51,523 nt of DNA from Promethearchaeia archaeon (GTDB lineage Archaea; Asgardarchaeota; Lokiarchaeia; Sigyniarchaeales; SOKP01): the NCBI GenBank assembly GCA_029856105.1, contig JAHQWH010000034.1, forward strand, positions 1 to 51,523, written 5' to 3'. The notes under the pieces are model-generated. The model was not told where the DNA came from. It searched no databases and saw nothing but the letters and a program-made list of their open reading frames with translations. Positions within the stretch are counted from its first letter, which is position 1; each line of letters begins with the position of its first letter. The translations under genes were made by a program, and so were the position numbers. Below, one piece after another: positions 31,064 to 41,708 of the stretch.

Positions 31064-31927
31064 TTATTTATCTAAATTTATAACTTCGTAATAAAAATCC
31101 TCTGGATTAGGAATTTCAACTCCAATTTTTTCAAAATAATTAAAAACATTCTTAATATCTCTCACTAAATAAACTTCTGCTTTTGGATGATGTGTAGTGA
31201 CTGCTTGCGAGATGTCAATTACAATTGATTTTTGATTATGATATAAAATATTAAATTCGGATAAATCACCATGAACTAAGTTTGCATTTTGATATAAGTT
31301 TTTAATAAAACCAAGAATTTCATTTAATAGTTTAATAGGTTCCTTTGGAAACTTTATATCTTTAAGTTTTGGTGCTGGAATTGATCCAAAACCAATATAT
31401 TCCATGATTAAAATATTATTTTTTACATAGATTGGCTCAGGTACGCTCAAACCCGCTTTATAAGCCCTTTTAAGATTTTTAAACTCTTTACTTGCCCATA
31501 AAAATATAATTTTTGATACATTATGTGGTATTTTTTTAAATCTAGGATCTCCTATAATATAATTTCTCATCCATCTTGACGTATTACTATCAATCTTATA
31601 TATCTTTATCGCAACTTCGCGATTATCTTCACCGTAAGCAAGGTAAACATTTGCTTCCTTACCTGCAGAAATTATCCCTTCAATTCTGTTTAAATGTCCT
31701 GCTTTTAATAATTTACTTACATGTAAATACATTCTTTCATCAAAAACAGAATCTACAGTGGCTCTTTTTTTAGTTTGATCAATTTTTTTAATTCTTATTG
31801 AATCAATCTTCTTTTTTTCCAAATTATCTAATCTTGTATTAAATTTTTTATTAAAATCATCATTTGAGATTTCTCTTTCAAGTTCTTCCTCATCTTCATC
31901 AATAGCATCGTTGTTTTGTTTCTCCAC
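31064..31927 (-). CDS. rio1: RIO1 kinase
   Basis: SAGKEANVY, YIIGDPRF, WASKEFKNL, VHGDLSEFN, IDISQAV. Confidence 0.95.
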   Translation of the reverse strand: MEKQNNDAIDEDEEELEREISNDDFNKKFNTRLDNLEKKKIDSIRIKKIDQTKKRATVDSVFDERMYLHVSKLLKAGHLNRIEGIISAGKEANVYLAYGEDNREVAIKIYKIDSNTSRWMRNYIIGDPRFKKIPHNVSKIIFLWASKEFKNLKRAYKAGLSVPEPIYVKNNILIMEYIGFGSIPAPKLKDIKFPKEPIKLLNEILGFIKNLYQNANLVHGDLSEFNILYHNQKSIVIDISQAVTTHHPKAEVYLVRDIKNVFNYFEKIGVEIPNPEDFYYEVINLDK

Positions 31928-32845
31928 TTAATCCCCGTCCATAATCCTTTTAAACGATTTTTTATCATCAAAAAAAGAAAAGTTTTTTATAAGTTTAACA
32001 TGGTTTTCATCCCTTAATAAAACCCTATTTTTGGTAATATTCTCTACAAAATATTTGGATTTGTTAATAAAAATACAGTCATTTTTTTTAATTGGTAAAA
32101 ATTTTATAAGAGTTTTTAACCTATAGAGATTTCTTCCCTTTTGAGTATCTCTCCCTACTAGCTTTTTTGTTCTCTTTAAGATAAAATTATATTTTGATTT
32201 TAATTGTGAAACTATGTGTTTCATTAACTCATTCGTACTTAAATACAAATCCACACCAAGTTTAACATCTTCTATTTTTGAAATATATTGTTTATCGTCT
32301 TTTTTAAAGATATTCTCCACAAAATAAAGGATATCCTCTAAAACTTTTTCAATAATCTCGAATTGATTCTCATTTTTTACCCGTAACTGAATAATTGATA
32401 AAAAATACATACCCCCTCTTAAATTAGAGCAATTTTTACACAATTCGTAATTTATTTTGACTTTTATCGTTTGTTGATGAGTTATTTTATGATCTTCTCT
32501 CAAAGTTCCTGTAATTGTAAGATCAAAAGAAGATAACAAGTCTTTTTGAGTAAACATTAATTCTTCAAATGAGAATGAAAAGGTTATTAAATCTTGTTTT
32601 AAATAAGATTTTAATAAAAATCGAGATATTGCCTCTTCAATAATAGGAAATAACTCATTTTCAGCAGTTTCAATCCATTCTTCTTTTTTTGAATATTTCC
32701 TGCAATCGTTGCACATTTTAAAACTGATACTTTTTGGCAATTCAAATAATGGATTTTCTTTTAAAAAACAGTTAAGGCACATACTAAAATAAGGCGCTTT
32801 TTCTTCTAGAGCTGTTCCACATATTGCACAAAATCTATGAGGCAT
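31928..32845 (-). CDS. nmd3: NMD3-family protein
   Basis: Multiple CxxC, GGMYFLSIIQLR, KLVGRD...YR. Confidence 0.9.
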   Translation of the reverse strand: MPHRFCAICGTALEEKAPYFSMCLNCFLKENPLFELPKSISFKMCNDCRKYSKKEEWIETAENELFPIIEEAISRFLLKSYLKQDLITFSFSFEELMFTQKDLLSSFDLTITGTLREDHKITHQQTIKVKINYELCKNCSNLRGGMYFLSIIQLRVKNENQFEIIEKVLEDILYFVENIFKKDDKQYISKIEDVKLGVDLYLSTNELMKHIVSQLKSKYNFILKRTKKLVGRDTQKGRNLYRLKTLIKFLPIKKNDCIFINKSKYFVENITKNRVLLRDENHVKLIKNFSFFDDKKSFKRIMDGD

Positions 32846-33141
32846 TAAAACATCATTTTTATTGCCATTGGAATATTATTAATTTTTTTAACCCCTTCTT
32901 TAGAAAGGATTTTAAGGGAAATTGCCTTATTAGTTATATTTTCACCCACGATATTAAAGTAAGACGCCGTTTTTAACAATTCTCCTGCCTTATCTATGCT
33001 TAGAAGATCGCCCCCAAAAAAGCGATCACTCATTTCAATTTTCAAATTGCCCTCAATAAAAACTTGGTTTAATAGCAACTCATCGCAACATGCAACCGTA
33101 TCGATACCATTTTGACGATGGATTTTAAGATATACTCTCAT
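32845..33141 (-). CDS. DUF424 family protein
   Basis: ACCDELLL..FFGG..NIVGE. Confidence 0.87.
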   Translation of the reverse strand: MRVYLKIHRQNGIDTVACCDELLLNQVFIEGNLKIEMSDRFFGGDLLSIDKAGELLKTASYFNIVGENITNKAISLKILSKEGVKKINNIPMAIKMMF

Positions 33142-33165
33142 CTGGCAAACTTTAAACTATATTTA

Positions 33166-33576
33166 TCATTCTTTTATTTCTTCATGCGCCCCGCAAGCGG
33201 TGCATTTAAGAAATTTTTTTTTCCCTTCTCTTTGAATTTCTGTATCAGGTTTATTACAAATTTTGCATAATACAAATGTCTTAGAATATAATTCAATTAA
33301 CCGATTTAAAACTTGTTCTTTATAAACTCCTTTTAAAAATAGATGTTGTCCCCTCATTTCTCCCATTGTACCTACTTTTTTTAAAAACTCAACAATGAAA
33401 TGTTTTCGATCGCGATTTAAAGTATTGATAATTTTATTGAAATTTGTAATATAAGTATTCTTAGCTTCTATTCTTATCTGAACTTTTGGTATTTCAAATC
33501 TAGACAATTTCTTTACGTTGTCGGGGATATTTTCATATCCCTTGTCTAGTAATTCCTGATAATTGTTTATATCCAT
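33166..33576 (-). CDS. eif2b: Translation initiation factor 2 beta subunit
   Basis: RFEIP, TYITNF, CKICNKPDT..CTACGA. Confidence 0.95.
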   Translation of the reverse strand: MDINNYQELLDKGYENIPDNVKKLSRFEIPKVQIRIEAKNTYITNFNKIINTLNRDRKHFIVEFLKKVGTMGEMRGQHLFLKGVYKEQVLNRLIELYSKTFVLCKICNKPDTEIQREGKKKFLKCTACGAHEEIKE

Positions 33577-33701
33577 TTTAGTTTACCTTTTTTTACTTTA
33601 TATACTAAATGTAATAATCATTCTAACAAAAATAATTTTTCGATTTTGAAAAATTATTTGATTTGAAAATTCAAAAAAATCAATTCTAGTTAGAATTGTT
33701 T

Positions 33702-34436
33702 TTAGTAACTTTGATATATATTTTCCTCAGTTGGATAAATTCTTGATTCCATCGCCAAATCGTTAATATATGTCCTCAGTTTATTTTCGGGAATCTGCAA
33801 CTTAAATTGTAATTCTTTAAGACTTATACCATTTCCGTCTTGAGAATATTCATATATTATCGTAAAAATCTTTTCTTTAAGTTTATCAACTTCTGAAGGC
33901 TGCTCTTCTCCAAATATTTTGTCTATGCGAATTTCATCTGAAGTATTATCAAAAGAGAACTCTTCATCCGTTTCAGAATCAGTTTCAATAGGAATCTCGT
34001 GGAGATCTCCAGATTTAATTTTTTTTATTATTTCAGCGTCTCGTAATAAGATATAATTTGGATCTGTCTCTTTTTTTATCAACTTGATATTACTAATTTG
34101 AACGGTATCGCCATAAAAACCCACTCGTCCTAAAATATCTACAATATCTCCTCGATTTATATCATCATATTTCTCTAAATCAACACCCCACTTGACAGCA
34201 GAAATTAAACCAGTTCCGTCATCCAGTTCAAATCTTAAATTGGTGCTTAATTCCCCTGTTGATGTATTACTAACGAAATCTTCTCTATTAGTGATTGTTG
34301 CGACAAGTCGCATTTTTCTAAGAGCTCCAAAGATCGTGAATAATGACTTTTCTTCAGCGTTATACTTCCCCTCTAAAAGATGTTTAACCCAACAACGAAT
34401 TGCTGGAAAATATTCATAAGATTGAGTTCCACTCAT
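33702..34436 (-). CDS. RPA32-like OB-fold plus winged-helix protein
   Basis: LDDGTGLI OB fold; acidic linker; C-terminal GISLKEL..L..ESRIYPT winged helix. Confidence 0.8.
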   Translation of the reverse strand: MSGTQSYEYFPAIRCWVKHLLEGKYNAEEKSLFTIFGALRKMRLVATITNREDFVSNTSTGELSTNLRFELDDGTGLISAVKWGVDLEKYDDINRGDIVDILGRVGFYGDTVQISNIKLIKKETDPNYILLRDAEIIKKIKSGDLHEIPIETDSETDEEFSFDNTSDEIRIDKIFGEEQPSEVDKLKEKIFTIIYEYSQDGNGISLKELQFKLQIPENKLRTYINDLAMESRIYPTEENIYQSY

Positions 34437-34604
34437 AATTTAAATCATGTGAATTTTCTATTATGCAATCGATTACTATATTAACAAATTTTATGAAATA
34501 TAGGCGTGATTATTAATTGTTAAATATAATTAATTTTCTCTTAATTTTAATTCATTTTACATTTTTAAGAATTTTATCATTTTAAGATAAAGAATGAAAT
34601 AAAA

Positions 34605-34711
34605 TAGCGGGGACTGGAATCTCAGATTGTTGTAAATCAAGCAAAATCTTTTGAACCAGTGTTCTCAGGGTTATGAGCCCTGCGGCATAAACCAGGCTAG
34701 CCCACCCCGCT
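34605..34711 (-). tRNA. Initiator tRNA-Met(CAT) with a 31-nt intron at 59/60 (34619-34649)
   Basis: A1:U72 acceptor AGCGGGG/CCCCGCT; CAGGG-CTCATAA-CCCTG with three G:C pairs; BHB TTCA/TGAG with AAA and ATT bulges. Confidence 0.94.
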
Positions 34712-34857
34712 AAGGTGAGAATAACTCTTTTATATAGATCATATAATTTTTTTATCTTTTAATTTTTTATTATTTTGACGGAGATTATGGTGGTATTTTT
34801 TTAGTTTAAAATATATTAACTTACAATTATTTAAAATAAACACAACTCTTTGAAAAA

Positions 34858-35595
34858 ATGGTGGATTCACATTCAAAAAGCTTTTTCGGACAGAACACCG
34901 GGATGATAGTGAGTAGTTCCTCGAGCTCAGACCCCTTTATTTTTATACATTGCATTAAAAAAAAACCCGATGGAATTTGGGAAAAACCTTCTATCAATGA
35001 AGGTAAAGTAATTAAAATTTCGTTAGAAGAGATCGTTATGATCTTGCGAGTATTAAATCGTCAAACTCTAAATTGGCAAAGTCATCATATTTACAAGGAT
35101 AAGAAAACTTCGCTATCTTTTAGTTGGGAAGATGAAGATACAAATATATTGTGGATTAATATTGGAATTTATTCTAAAATGCTTAATCTTGCTCAAGCGG
35201 AAATTTTGAGGTTATTGTTAATTCATTTACTTAAGGAAAAAATATTTTATTCGACGATACCAAAAAGAACTAGCAACGGAAATAAAACAATAAAACTCAA
35301 ACAAGAGGAACTTTATAATAGGAATAATATTGAAGAAATTAATGAAGAATCAGATCGTAATAAACACAGCCTTTTTCCTGACATAGCACTTCGAGGAGAT
35401 ATCCTAAAAGACTTGAGTAATGTCGATGGAATAATCTTGGGAGAAACAGAAAAGGCTATTTTAATTGAATTCGATAATAAGGAGGTGTGGGTGCCGAAAT
35501 CTACCATTAATAATCATTATCTTCCTCGAAAGAACCTTTCTCAAAAATTCTTGATTAATAATTGGTTTTTAAAAAAAAATAATTTAACCTCTTAA
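34858..35595 (+). CDS. Hypothetical protein
   Basis: 245-aa ORF; C-terminal ETEKAILI..WVPKS motif. Confidence 0.75.
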   Translation: MVDSHSKSFFGQNTGMIVSSSSSSDPFIFIHCIKKKPDGIWEKPSINEGKVIKISLEEIVMILRVLNRQTLNWQSHHIYKDKKTSLSFSWEDEDTNILWINIGIYSKMLNLAQAEILRLLLIHLLKEKIFYSTIPKRTSNGNKTIKLKQEELYNRNNIEEINEESDRNKHSLFPDIALRGDILKDLSNVDGIILGETEKAILIEFDNKEVWVPKSTINNHYLPRKNLSQKFLINNWFLKKNNLTS

Positions 35596-35700
35596 TTACT
35601 CGTTTAAAGAAAATTGCCTTATTTCAGCAAAAAGAATAACCTTAATTTTTATTCTTAATTAACCTTGATACTAGATAAAATAGAGCTTAAAAAAACTTAT

Positions 35701-37494
35701 ATGACTTTACTTGATATTATCGTAGATTTCTTACTCAATCCTTGGTTTATCATTTCCTTAGCTTTTTGGATTATCGTAATCGTATTTGTTTTTTTATTAA
35801 AAAATAAAAAAGAAGCATATAGTTTATTCTTTCCATTACTAGCGTTATTTAAAACTCAAAAGCTAAATAACTTTATCATAAAGATTTCTAGAAGAAAACC
35901 AAAATTGTGGAGAGTATTTTGGAATATTGGAATATTTGTATCGTTTAGTTTTACAATTTTTGGCTTCTATTTCTTTTTTACAAATATTCTAAATTTAATA
36001 TTCCAACCAAGTATTGAAAATGCTATTGTTCCACTCATCCCGGGAGTTACAATTGATCTACCTATTTTGTTTTACTTATTTTTACCCCTATTATTTATTA
36101 TGACTACCCACGAATTTGCTCACGGAATTTCAGCTAGTATCGATGGAGTGGAGATTAAATCTACAGGTGTACTTGGCGTTGGCTTGTTTTACCTGGTGGG
36201 ATTTGGTGCATTTGTGGAAGTTGATGAAAGAGAATTAAGATCGTCAAAATTCCATCGAAATACGAGATTAAGAATAGCGGCAGCAGGAACATATGTAAAT
36301 GCGTTAACTGCTGGTTTAGCATTCTTGCTAATTCTTAGTTTTCCTATGTTAGTCTCTCCTTTTTACGTGCAAGTCACACAGGTTTATACGGTATTAACAC
36401 CGCAAGATGGAGGCTTTAATAATGGGACTCTTGAAGCAGGAGATGCTATCGTTGCTATAAAAAATTCAGGTGACCCAGATGCAAATTTTTTGAACCTTGA
36501 TTTAAACCAAGGAATTAGTCTTACTTCTATATTAAGTAATAGTACTAGAATTAAATTTTCAATTGGAGATAATTTAACTTTTAAAACTTACAACCCTTTT
36601 AGTGAATCCTATTCTAAAAAAAATGTTACTTTAGGACCTCGTTACGATATAGGAATCCGTTATGAGTATACGGATAACGGTATGGGATTACGAATTACCT
36701 ATAATTATTCCAGTAATACGGAAACAAACATATTAATCACAAAAGTAAATGGAACTGCAATAAATAAGTCCAACGGCGACACATTAGAAATTTTACTAAC
36801 AAATTTTGATTTAAAAGCCATAAACCTAACTTCAGACCTGGAGATTGATTACATATTGGATGTTGAGGTTGAAGGTGTCTTCGTGGGGGTTCAAAGTACT
36901 TACTATTGGATGCATCTCAATGAATTTGCAAAATTTTTTACCGCTAACTGGCCAGATTTCTTGCTTAGAGAATTAATATGGCTTTTTATTATTGCATTTA
37001 GTATAACATTATTCAACATGATGCCTTTACCGATATTTGATGGAGATAGATTCTTGAAAGAATTGGTAAATTGGATTTTTGGTGAAAATTACAAATCTAA
37101 AAAGAAGAAAAAAGATAGGCTAATATATAAAGGAATTGATACAGAATGTAAATTGACCGAATATCGTGTAGAAAAAATAGAATCTGTGAAAATATACTTA
37201 AAAGATAATCTTAGAGAGGATCAAAATGGTGAAATAATTTTAGGAGAAGATAACTATGAACTAGTGGATAAAATAGGCGATGGGTATAAAGATACTGTAT
37301 TAGTAAATTTGCCAGAAAATACTAAACTTAAAGAAAATACTGTTTTCGAAATCTCTTACGAGTATTTGTATGACGATAAAAAAAGAATTAAAAGTATTGT
37401 ATTGAATGCAATCAGAATTATCGCATTAATTCTTATAGGTGGTAATTTCCTATTATCTTTTATAAAATTTGGCTTTGAACTTTTTTGGATTTAA
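35701..37494 (+). CDS. Site-2 protease (M50) family zinc metalloprotease
   Basis: HEFAHG, GAFVE, AAAG, NMMPLPIFDG; multiple TMs. Confidence 0.93.
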   Translation: MTLLDIIVDFLLNPWFIISLAFWIIVIVFVFLLKNKKEAYSLFFPLLALFKTQKLNNFIIKISRRKPKLWRVFWNIGIFVSFSFTIFGFYFFFTNILNLIFQPSIENAIVPLIPGVTIDLPILFYLFLPLLFIMTTHEFAHGISASIDGVEIKSTGVLGVGLFYLVGFGAFVEVDERELRSSKFHRNTRLRIAAAGTYVNALTAGLAFLLILSFPMLVSPFYVQVTQVYTVLTPQDGGFNNGTLEAGDAIVAIKNSGDPDANFLNLDLNQGISLTSILSNSTRIKFSIGDNLTFKTYNPFSESYSKKNVTLGPRYDIGIRYEYTDNGMGLRITYNYSSNTETNILITKVNGTAINKSNGDTLEILLTNFDLKAINLTSDLEIDYILDVEVEGVFVGVQSTYYWMHLNEFAKFFTANWPDFLLRELIWLFIIAFSITLFNMMPLPIFDGDRFLKELVNWIFGENYKSKKKKKDRLIYKGIDTECKLTEYRVEKIESVKIYLKDNLREDQNGEIILGEDNYELVDKIGDGYKDTVLVNLPENTKLKENTVFEISYEYLYDDKKRIKSIVLNAIRIIALILIGGNFLLSFIKFGFELFWI

Positions 37495-37549
37495 TTAAAT
37501 AGTTGATGTGATCTTCATAAGCAATCATGAAAATAGTTATAACGTGCTT

Positions 37550-38509
37550 ATGAAAATAGGTACATGTGATTATTGTAATAAAAATGCATTAGTAATCCAC
37601 AGAAAATATTCCGGTGAGCTAATTTGTACTGAATGCTTCACAAATAGAATAGAGAAAAACATTTATAAGACAATATCCAAATACAAAATGCTAAAACATC
37701 GAGATAAAATTGTTGTAGGGCTTTCTGGCGGAAAGGATTCTATAGCATTACTGTATAATCTTATAAAAATTCAAGAAAAAAATTTTCACGCTCAACCTAT
37801 TATCGCAATAACCGTTGACGAGGGTATCAAAGATTATAGGAGCAAAAGTATAAAGAATGCCAATGAATTTTGTAAAAAATATGGAATTGAGCATAAGATT
37901 GTTTCATTTAAAGAAAAAACAGGAAAGACTTTAGACGAGATTATAGAATTAAAAAGTAAAACTTTAGATTATAAATACGCCTGTAATTATTGTGCAACAT
38001 TTAGGAGAAGACTGCTAAATGAAATCGCTAAAGAATTAGGCGCTGATGTTCTTGCGATGGGGCATAACCTAACAGACATCGCAGAAACATACCTTATGAA
38101 CATTTTATTTAAGAGATTTCAAACAATCTCTAATCAATATCCCTTTAAAAGAGAGAGTAAAGAAATTAGCAAGCATTTCGTAAGAAAAATTACTCCTCTG
38201 ATGAGAATTCCTGAAGAAGAAATCTTTCTTTATTCAAACTTGAAAAAATTTGATTATTATCCCTCGCATTGCCCCTACAGAGAGAAAGATCCAATTTTAA
38301 GGAAAAGAGTTTTAGATTTTATTTTAGAATGTAAAAAATTTAGCCCAGAAATAGAATTCAATTTACTTAATGGTTTTTTAGAAATGTCTGAATTATTTTA
38401 TTACCATTATAAAACAAAATCGTCCAATTCTTGTGAAGAGTGTGGATATCCATGTGGAAATACAAATCTATGCTTGTATTGCAAATATTTAAAAGAATTT
38501 AATAGATAA
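37550..38509 (+). CDS. TtuA/Ncs6-family tRNA 2-thiolation protein (TIGR00269-like)
   Basis: CDYC, SGGKDS, CNYCATFRR, GHNLTD, CPY, C-terminal Zn finger. Confidence 0.92.
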   Translation: MKIGTCDYCNKNALVIHRKYSGELICTECFTNRIEKNIYKTISKYKMLKHRDKIVVGLSGGKDSIALLYNLIKIQEKNFHAQPIIAITVDEGIKDYRSKSIKNANEFCKKYGIEHKIVSFKEKTGKTLDEIIELKSKTLDYKYACNYCATFRRRLLNEIAKELGADVLAMGHNLTDIAETYLMNILFKRFQTISNQYPFKRESKEISKHFVRKITPLMRIPEEEIFLYSNLKKFDYYPSHCPYREKDPILRKRVLDFILECKKFSPEIEFNLLNGFLEMSELFYYHYKTKSSNSCEECGYPCGNTNLCLYCKYLKEFNR

Positions 38510-38511
38510 AT

Positions 38512-39504
38512 TTACTTGATAAGATATTCGCTAAATTCCTTTAATCTGTCATATTCTCTAATTTCTTCTCGAAAAAGAGGAATTTCAATCAAAATCTTTC
38601 CCAAATTTTCTTTAAAAATTTTGTAAATGTTTAATAAATTACGATGTTGCATGTTTCGTCGAGCTTTGCAAAAATCACATAATTCTTCTTCAGTTTGATA
38701 TAATTGGTTAATTATAATGTTTGAAACAGGAATATTAAATTTATACAATTCGTTTAAAAGGCGACCCGTTTCTGAAATAGCCATCTCTTCCGGTATCATC
38801 ACAACGACAAAAGAATTTTTCAAAGGGTTAGTGAGATCCTCTCGCGCATTAATGATAGAGTTTTTTAATCTTTCTAAAACTTCTAAAGAGTTATCTTTTT
38901 CTTTTTCATTACTAGAAAATAAACTTTTCATTAGACCCATTATACTTCCAAGTTTTAATCTCATTTTCAATAGTTTACCTATCCACCCCGATAGCGTTTC
39001 TGGAAGGCTTAAAAACCTAAGAGTATGTCCTGTTGGGGCCGTATCAAATATAACTAAATCATAGTCGTGTTCTGTTTCTATAATTTCTAATACTTTTAAT
39101 AATGCGAAAGCTTCATCGATACCTGGTGGATTCATTGAGGTCAAATCTTGCAGATCCTCCATCATTGGAATACCTTCCATTAAACCGGGCATATCCATCC
39201 CTTCCATGGGATTTACATTCGTTAAACCTTTATATTCTGCTAAATTTTTTTTTGGATCGATTTCTAAAGCAGTCAAATTATTTATTCCGGGTATAGGTGT
39301 CGGTTCACCGGGAGGAAGATCCATCCCTAAACTATCCCCTAGTGAATGTGCAGGATCTGTACTAATAATTAAGGTATTTCTACTATGCTCTGCGGCCCAG
39401 ATTGCTGAACTTGAGGCGCAAGTTGTTTTACCTACACCTCCTTTACCACCAAACATGATTATTTTTAAATTTAATAACATTTCTTTTAATTCCATATTAA
39501 TCAA
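38512..39504 (-). CDS. ArsA/GET3-family ATPase
   Basis: GKGGVGKTT, STDPAHSL, PGIDE, DTAPTGHTLR, CDFC. Confidence 0.93.
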   Translation of the reverse strand: MINMELKEMLLNLKIIMFGGKGGVGKTTCASSSAIWAAEHSRNTLIISTDPAHSLGDSLGMDLPPGEPTPIPGINNLTALEIDPKKNLAEYKGLTNVNPMEGMDMPGLMEGIPMMEDLQDLTSMNPPGIDEAFALLKVLEIIETEHDYDLVIFDTAPTGHTLRFLSLPETLSGWIGKLLKMRLKLGSIMGLMKSLFSSNEKEKDNSLEVLERLKNSIINAREDLTNPLKNSFVVVMIPEEMAISETGRLLNELYKFNIPVSNIIINQLYQTEEELCDFCKARRNMQHRNLLNIYKIFKENLGKILIEIPLFREEIREYDRLKEFSEYLIK

Positions 39505-39541
39505 CCCTTTTTTTTGAATTAAGAACTATGTGATTTATATA

Positions 39542-40816
39542 CTAATAAGTAAGTTTGAAACGAAGAATTGCAACAATTCCTCCGAAAGTACTATATAGCA
39601 TTTCTCCCTCTTCTGTTTCTGGAGAAATGAGTATCACATCAGTGTTCATAGTTTCTGCGATGGAACCCAGCTCTTCAATTATAGAAACCGTGTCTACAAG
39701 GTTAAATGTGTTTGAACTACATTTTGGGCAACTTTCTTCTTGGATGGATAATTCTACTTTGTTTAATTCTAACCCCCTTGCAATACGAGACTCCTTATAG
39801 CCACAATTCAAACATTCAATTTTTAATTGATAAATATCTAATTTTTCAGAAAGAATTAATTTTTCCACAGCACCCATATTTAAAGCTTTTTCCACTTCTT
39901 TAAGACCGTAAGTAACTAAACCCGATTCGTTTGATATCTCCTTTAAAAATCCTTGGACAACTTCTTTTTCCCGAATGAATTTTACGTTTGATATTTTCGT
40001 TTTAACCTTTTCAATCAAAGCGCGAATTCCCTCAGTTCCTCCATAACCAAGGTCTACAACATCTAAAATTTTATCTCGTAATCGATAATCTAAACTTTCG
40101 TCGTTTACAAACTTTTCTTTAGAAGGACCAGGCCCTCCAACAAAAATTCCTTGTAAATCCTCTATTTTCAAAAATAATTCGTTAACTTCTTCAGATATTC
40201 TTCTATAAAACCTCTTCTCTCCCTCTTCAATCAATCTTTCATATCTTTTCTGCGATTGACCACCGGCTTTATGCTTTCCATGAATTCCCGAGGTAAACTC
40301 TCTCACGATTTCTACGTGATTTCCCGTGACATACCCAACTGCTGATTCCTTTCGTCCGATAACAAGCAATCCATAAGTTTCCTTTGATTTGAGCATGTCC
40401 TCTAATGGCCATAGTAAAAATTCACTCGCACAGTGATATCTAAATGTTTTTGCCTTTTCTGGGGGATCTACGATGTACCTTTCCATTTTTTCTGTACCAG
40501 GAGTATTGTTTTGAGGGATAGCTCCAGCAAACATAACTAATCCATTCTCTGGAACTTCTTTATAATTCTTCAACATCCCCATAAGTGTTGAGATTCCATC
40601 TAATACATTTTTACGAGTTAATTTTGATTTAATGTTTTGGCTTTCGCTTACTTCGTTCTTTAAATAATTGGTAACATCCGAAAGTTTTCGATCATGAGGA
40701 ATATATAAAGATATCAGCTCTGTATGAAAACCTTTTTTTGATTTAAGCTTGTCTAAAAGCTTTTTTATCTTGTAAACTTTTAAATCCTCGCTTTTTTTAC
40801 GTTCTACTGGAGCCAT
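39542..40816 (-). CDS. prf1: Peptide chain release factor aRF1
   Basis: NIKS, YHCASEF, GKHKAGGQS, FGGIVAILRF. Confidence 0.97.
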   Translation of the reverse strand: MAPVERKKSEDLKVYKIKKLLDKLKSKKGFHTELISLYIPHDRKLSDVTNYLKNEVSESQNIKSKLTRKNVLDGISTLMGMLKNYKEVPENGLVMFAGAIPQNNTPGTEKMERYIVDPPEKAKTFRYHCASEFLLWPLEDMLKSKETYGLLVIGRKESAVGYVTGNHVEIVREFTSGIHGKHKAGGQSQKRYERLIEEGEKRFYRRISEEVNELFLKIEDLQGIFVGGPGPSKEKFVNDESLDYRLRDKILDVVDLGYGGTEGIRALIEKVKTKISNVKFIREKEVVQGFLKEISNESGLVTYGLKEVEKALNMGAVEKLILSEKLDIYQLKIECLNCGYKESRIARGLELNKVELSIQEESCPKCSSNTFNLVDTVSIIEELGSIAETMNTDVILISPETEEGEMLYSTFGGIVAILRFKLTY

Positions 40817-40910
40817 AATCATCAACAATGAGATAAAATTAACAAAAGATTAATAATTTTTCTTCCTTTTCAACCTATATAAAGGACTACATAATAATAA
40901 TTGTTGTTTT

Positions 40911-41708
40911 ATGATTACCAATAAAAATAATCATTCTGATGTTCCTAAAACTCATCCCCGGTACGAGAGCTTAAAATATCGTCATAGAATTATAGAAGGG
41001 ATGGAAAATCTAGTTGTAGCTGAAGCAGGTTTAATAGCTCATGGTAGAGGTGAATGTTTTGATTACATATTAGGTGAAAAAACAAATGAAGCTGCTAAGA
41101 GAGCCATTAAAGCTGCAGTAGCAATGCTTCTGCTTGCTAAAAAGCCAGTGATTAGCGTTAATGGGAATACTGCGGCATTAGTACCTCATGAACTCGTTAA
41201 ACTTTCGAATGTTATAGATGCTCCACTCGAAATAAATTTATTTTATAGGAAAGTAGGACGAATCAATGCTATTAAGAACGTATTAGAAAAGGCAGGAGCT
41301 ATTGATATTCGAGGTATTAATGAAGAAAAAATGGTTGAAATTGAAGGATTGGATAGTAATAGAAGGTTGGTAGAATCAATTCAAAATTCTGATGTAATAA
41401 TGGTCCCTTTAGAAGATGGAGACCGAACAGAAGTATTAAAAAGGATCGGAAAAAAAGTAATCGCAGTCGATTTAAATCCAATTAGTAGAACTTCGATATG
41501 GGCAGATATTACGATTATAGACAATATTGTCAGAACATTACCAGTAATGATTGCGGTCGCTAAAAAATTAAAACATGTTGATAAGAAAGAATTGCAAAGC
41601 ATTATCGATAATTTTAATAACAGAAAAAACATTCTTTTATCTTTAGAAACCATAATTAGACATGTTAAGAGACAAAAAAAAGTTGCATTCAAAATTGTAA
41701 AAAATTGA
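40911..41708 (+). CDS. Phosphopantothenate synthetase (DUF137)
   Basis: HPRYESL, AHGRGECFDY, SVNGN, PLEDGDR, DLNPISRT. Confidence 0.94.
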   Translation: MITNKNNHSDVPKTHPRYESLKYRHRIIEGMENLVVAEAGLIAHGRGECFDYILGEKTNEAAKRAIKAAVAMLLLAKKPVISVNGNTAALVPHELVKLSNVIDAPLEINLFYRKVGRINAIKNVLEKAGAIDIRGINEEKMVEIEGLDSNRRLVESIQNSDVIMVPLEDGDRTEVLKRIGKKVIAVDLNPISRTSIWADITIIDNIVRTLPVMIAVAKKLKHVDKKELQSIIDNFNNRKNILLSLETIIRHVKRQKKVAFKIVKN

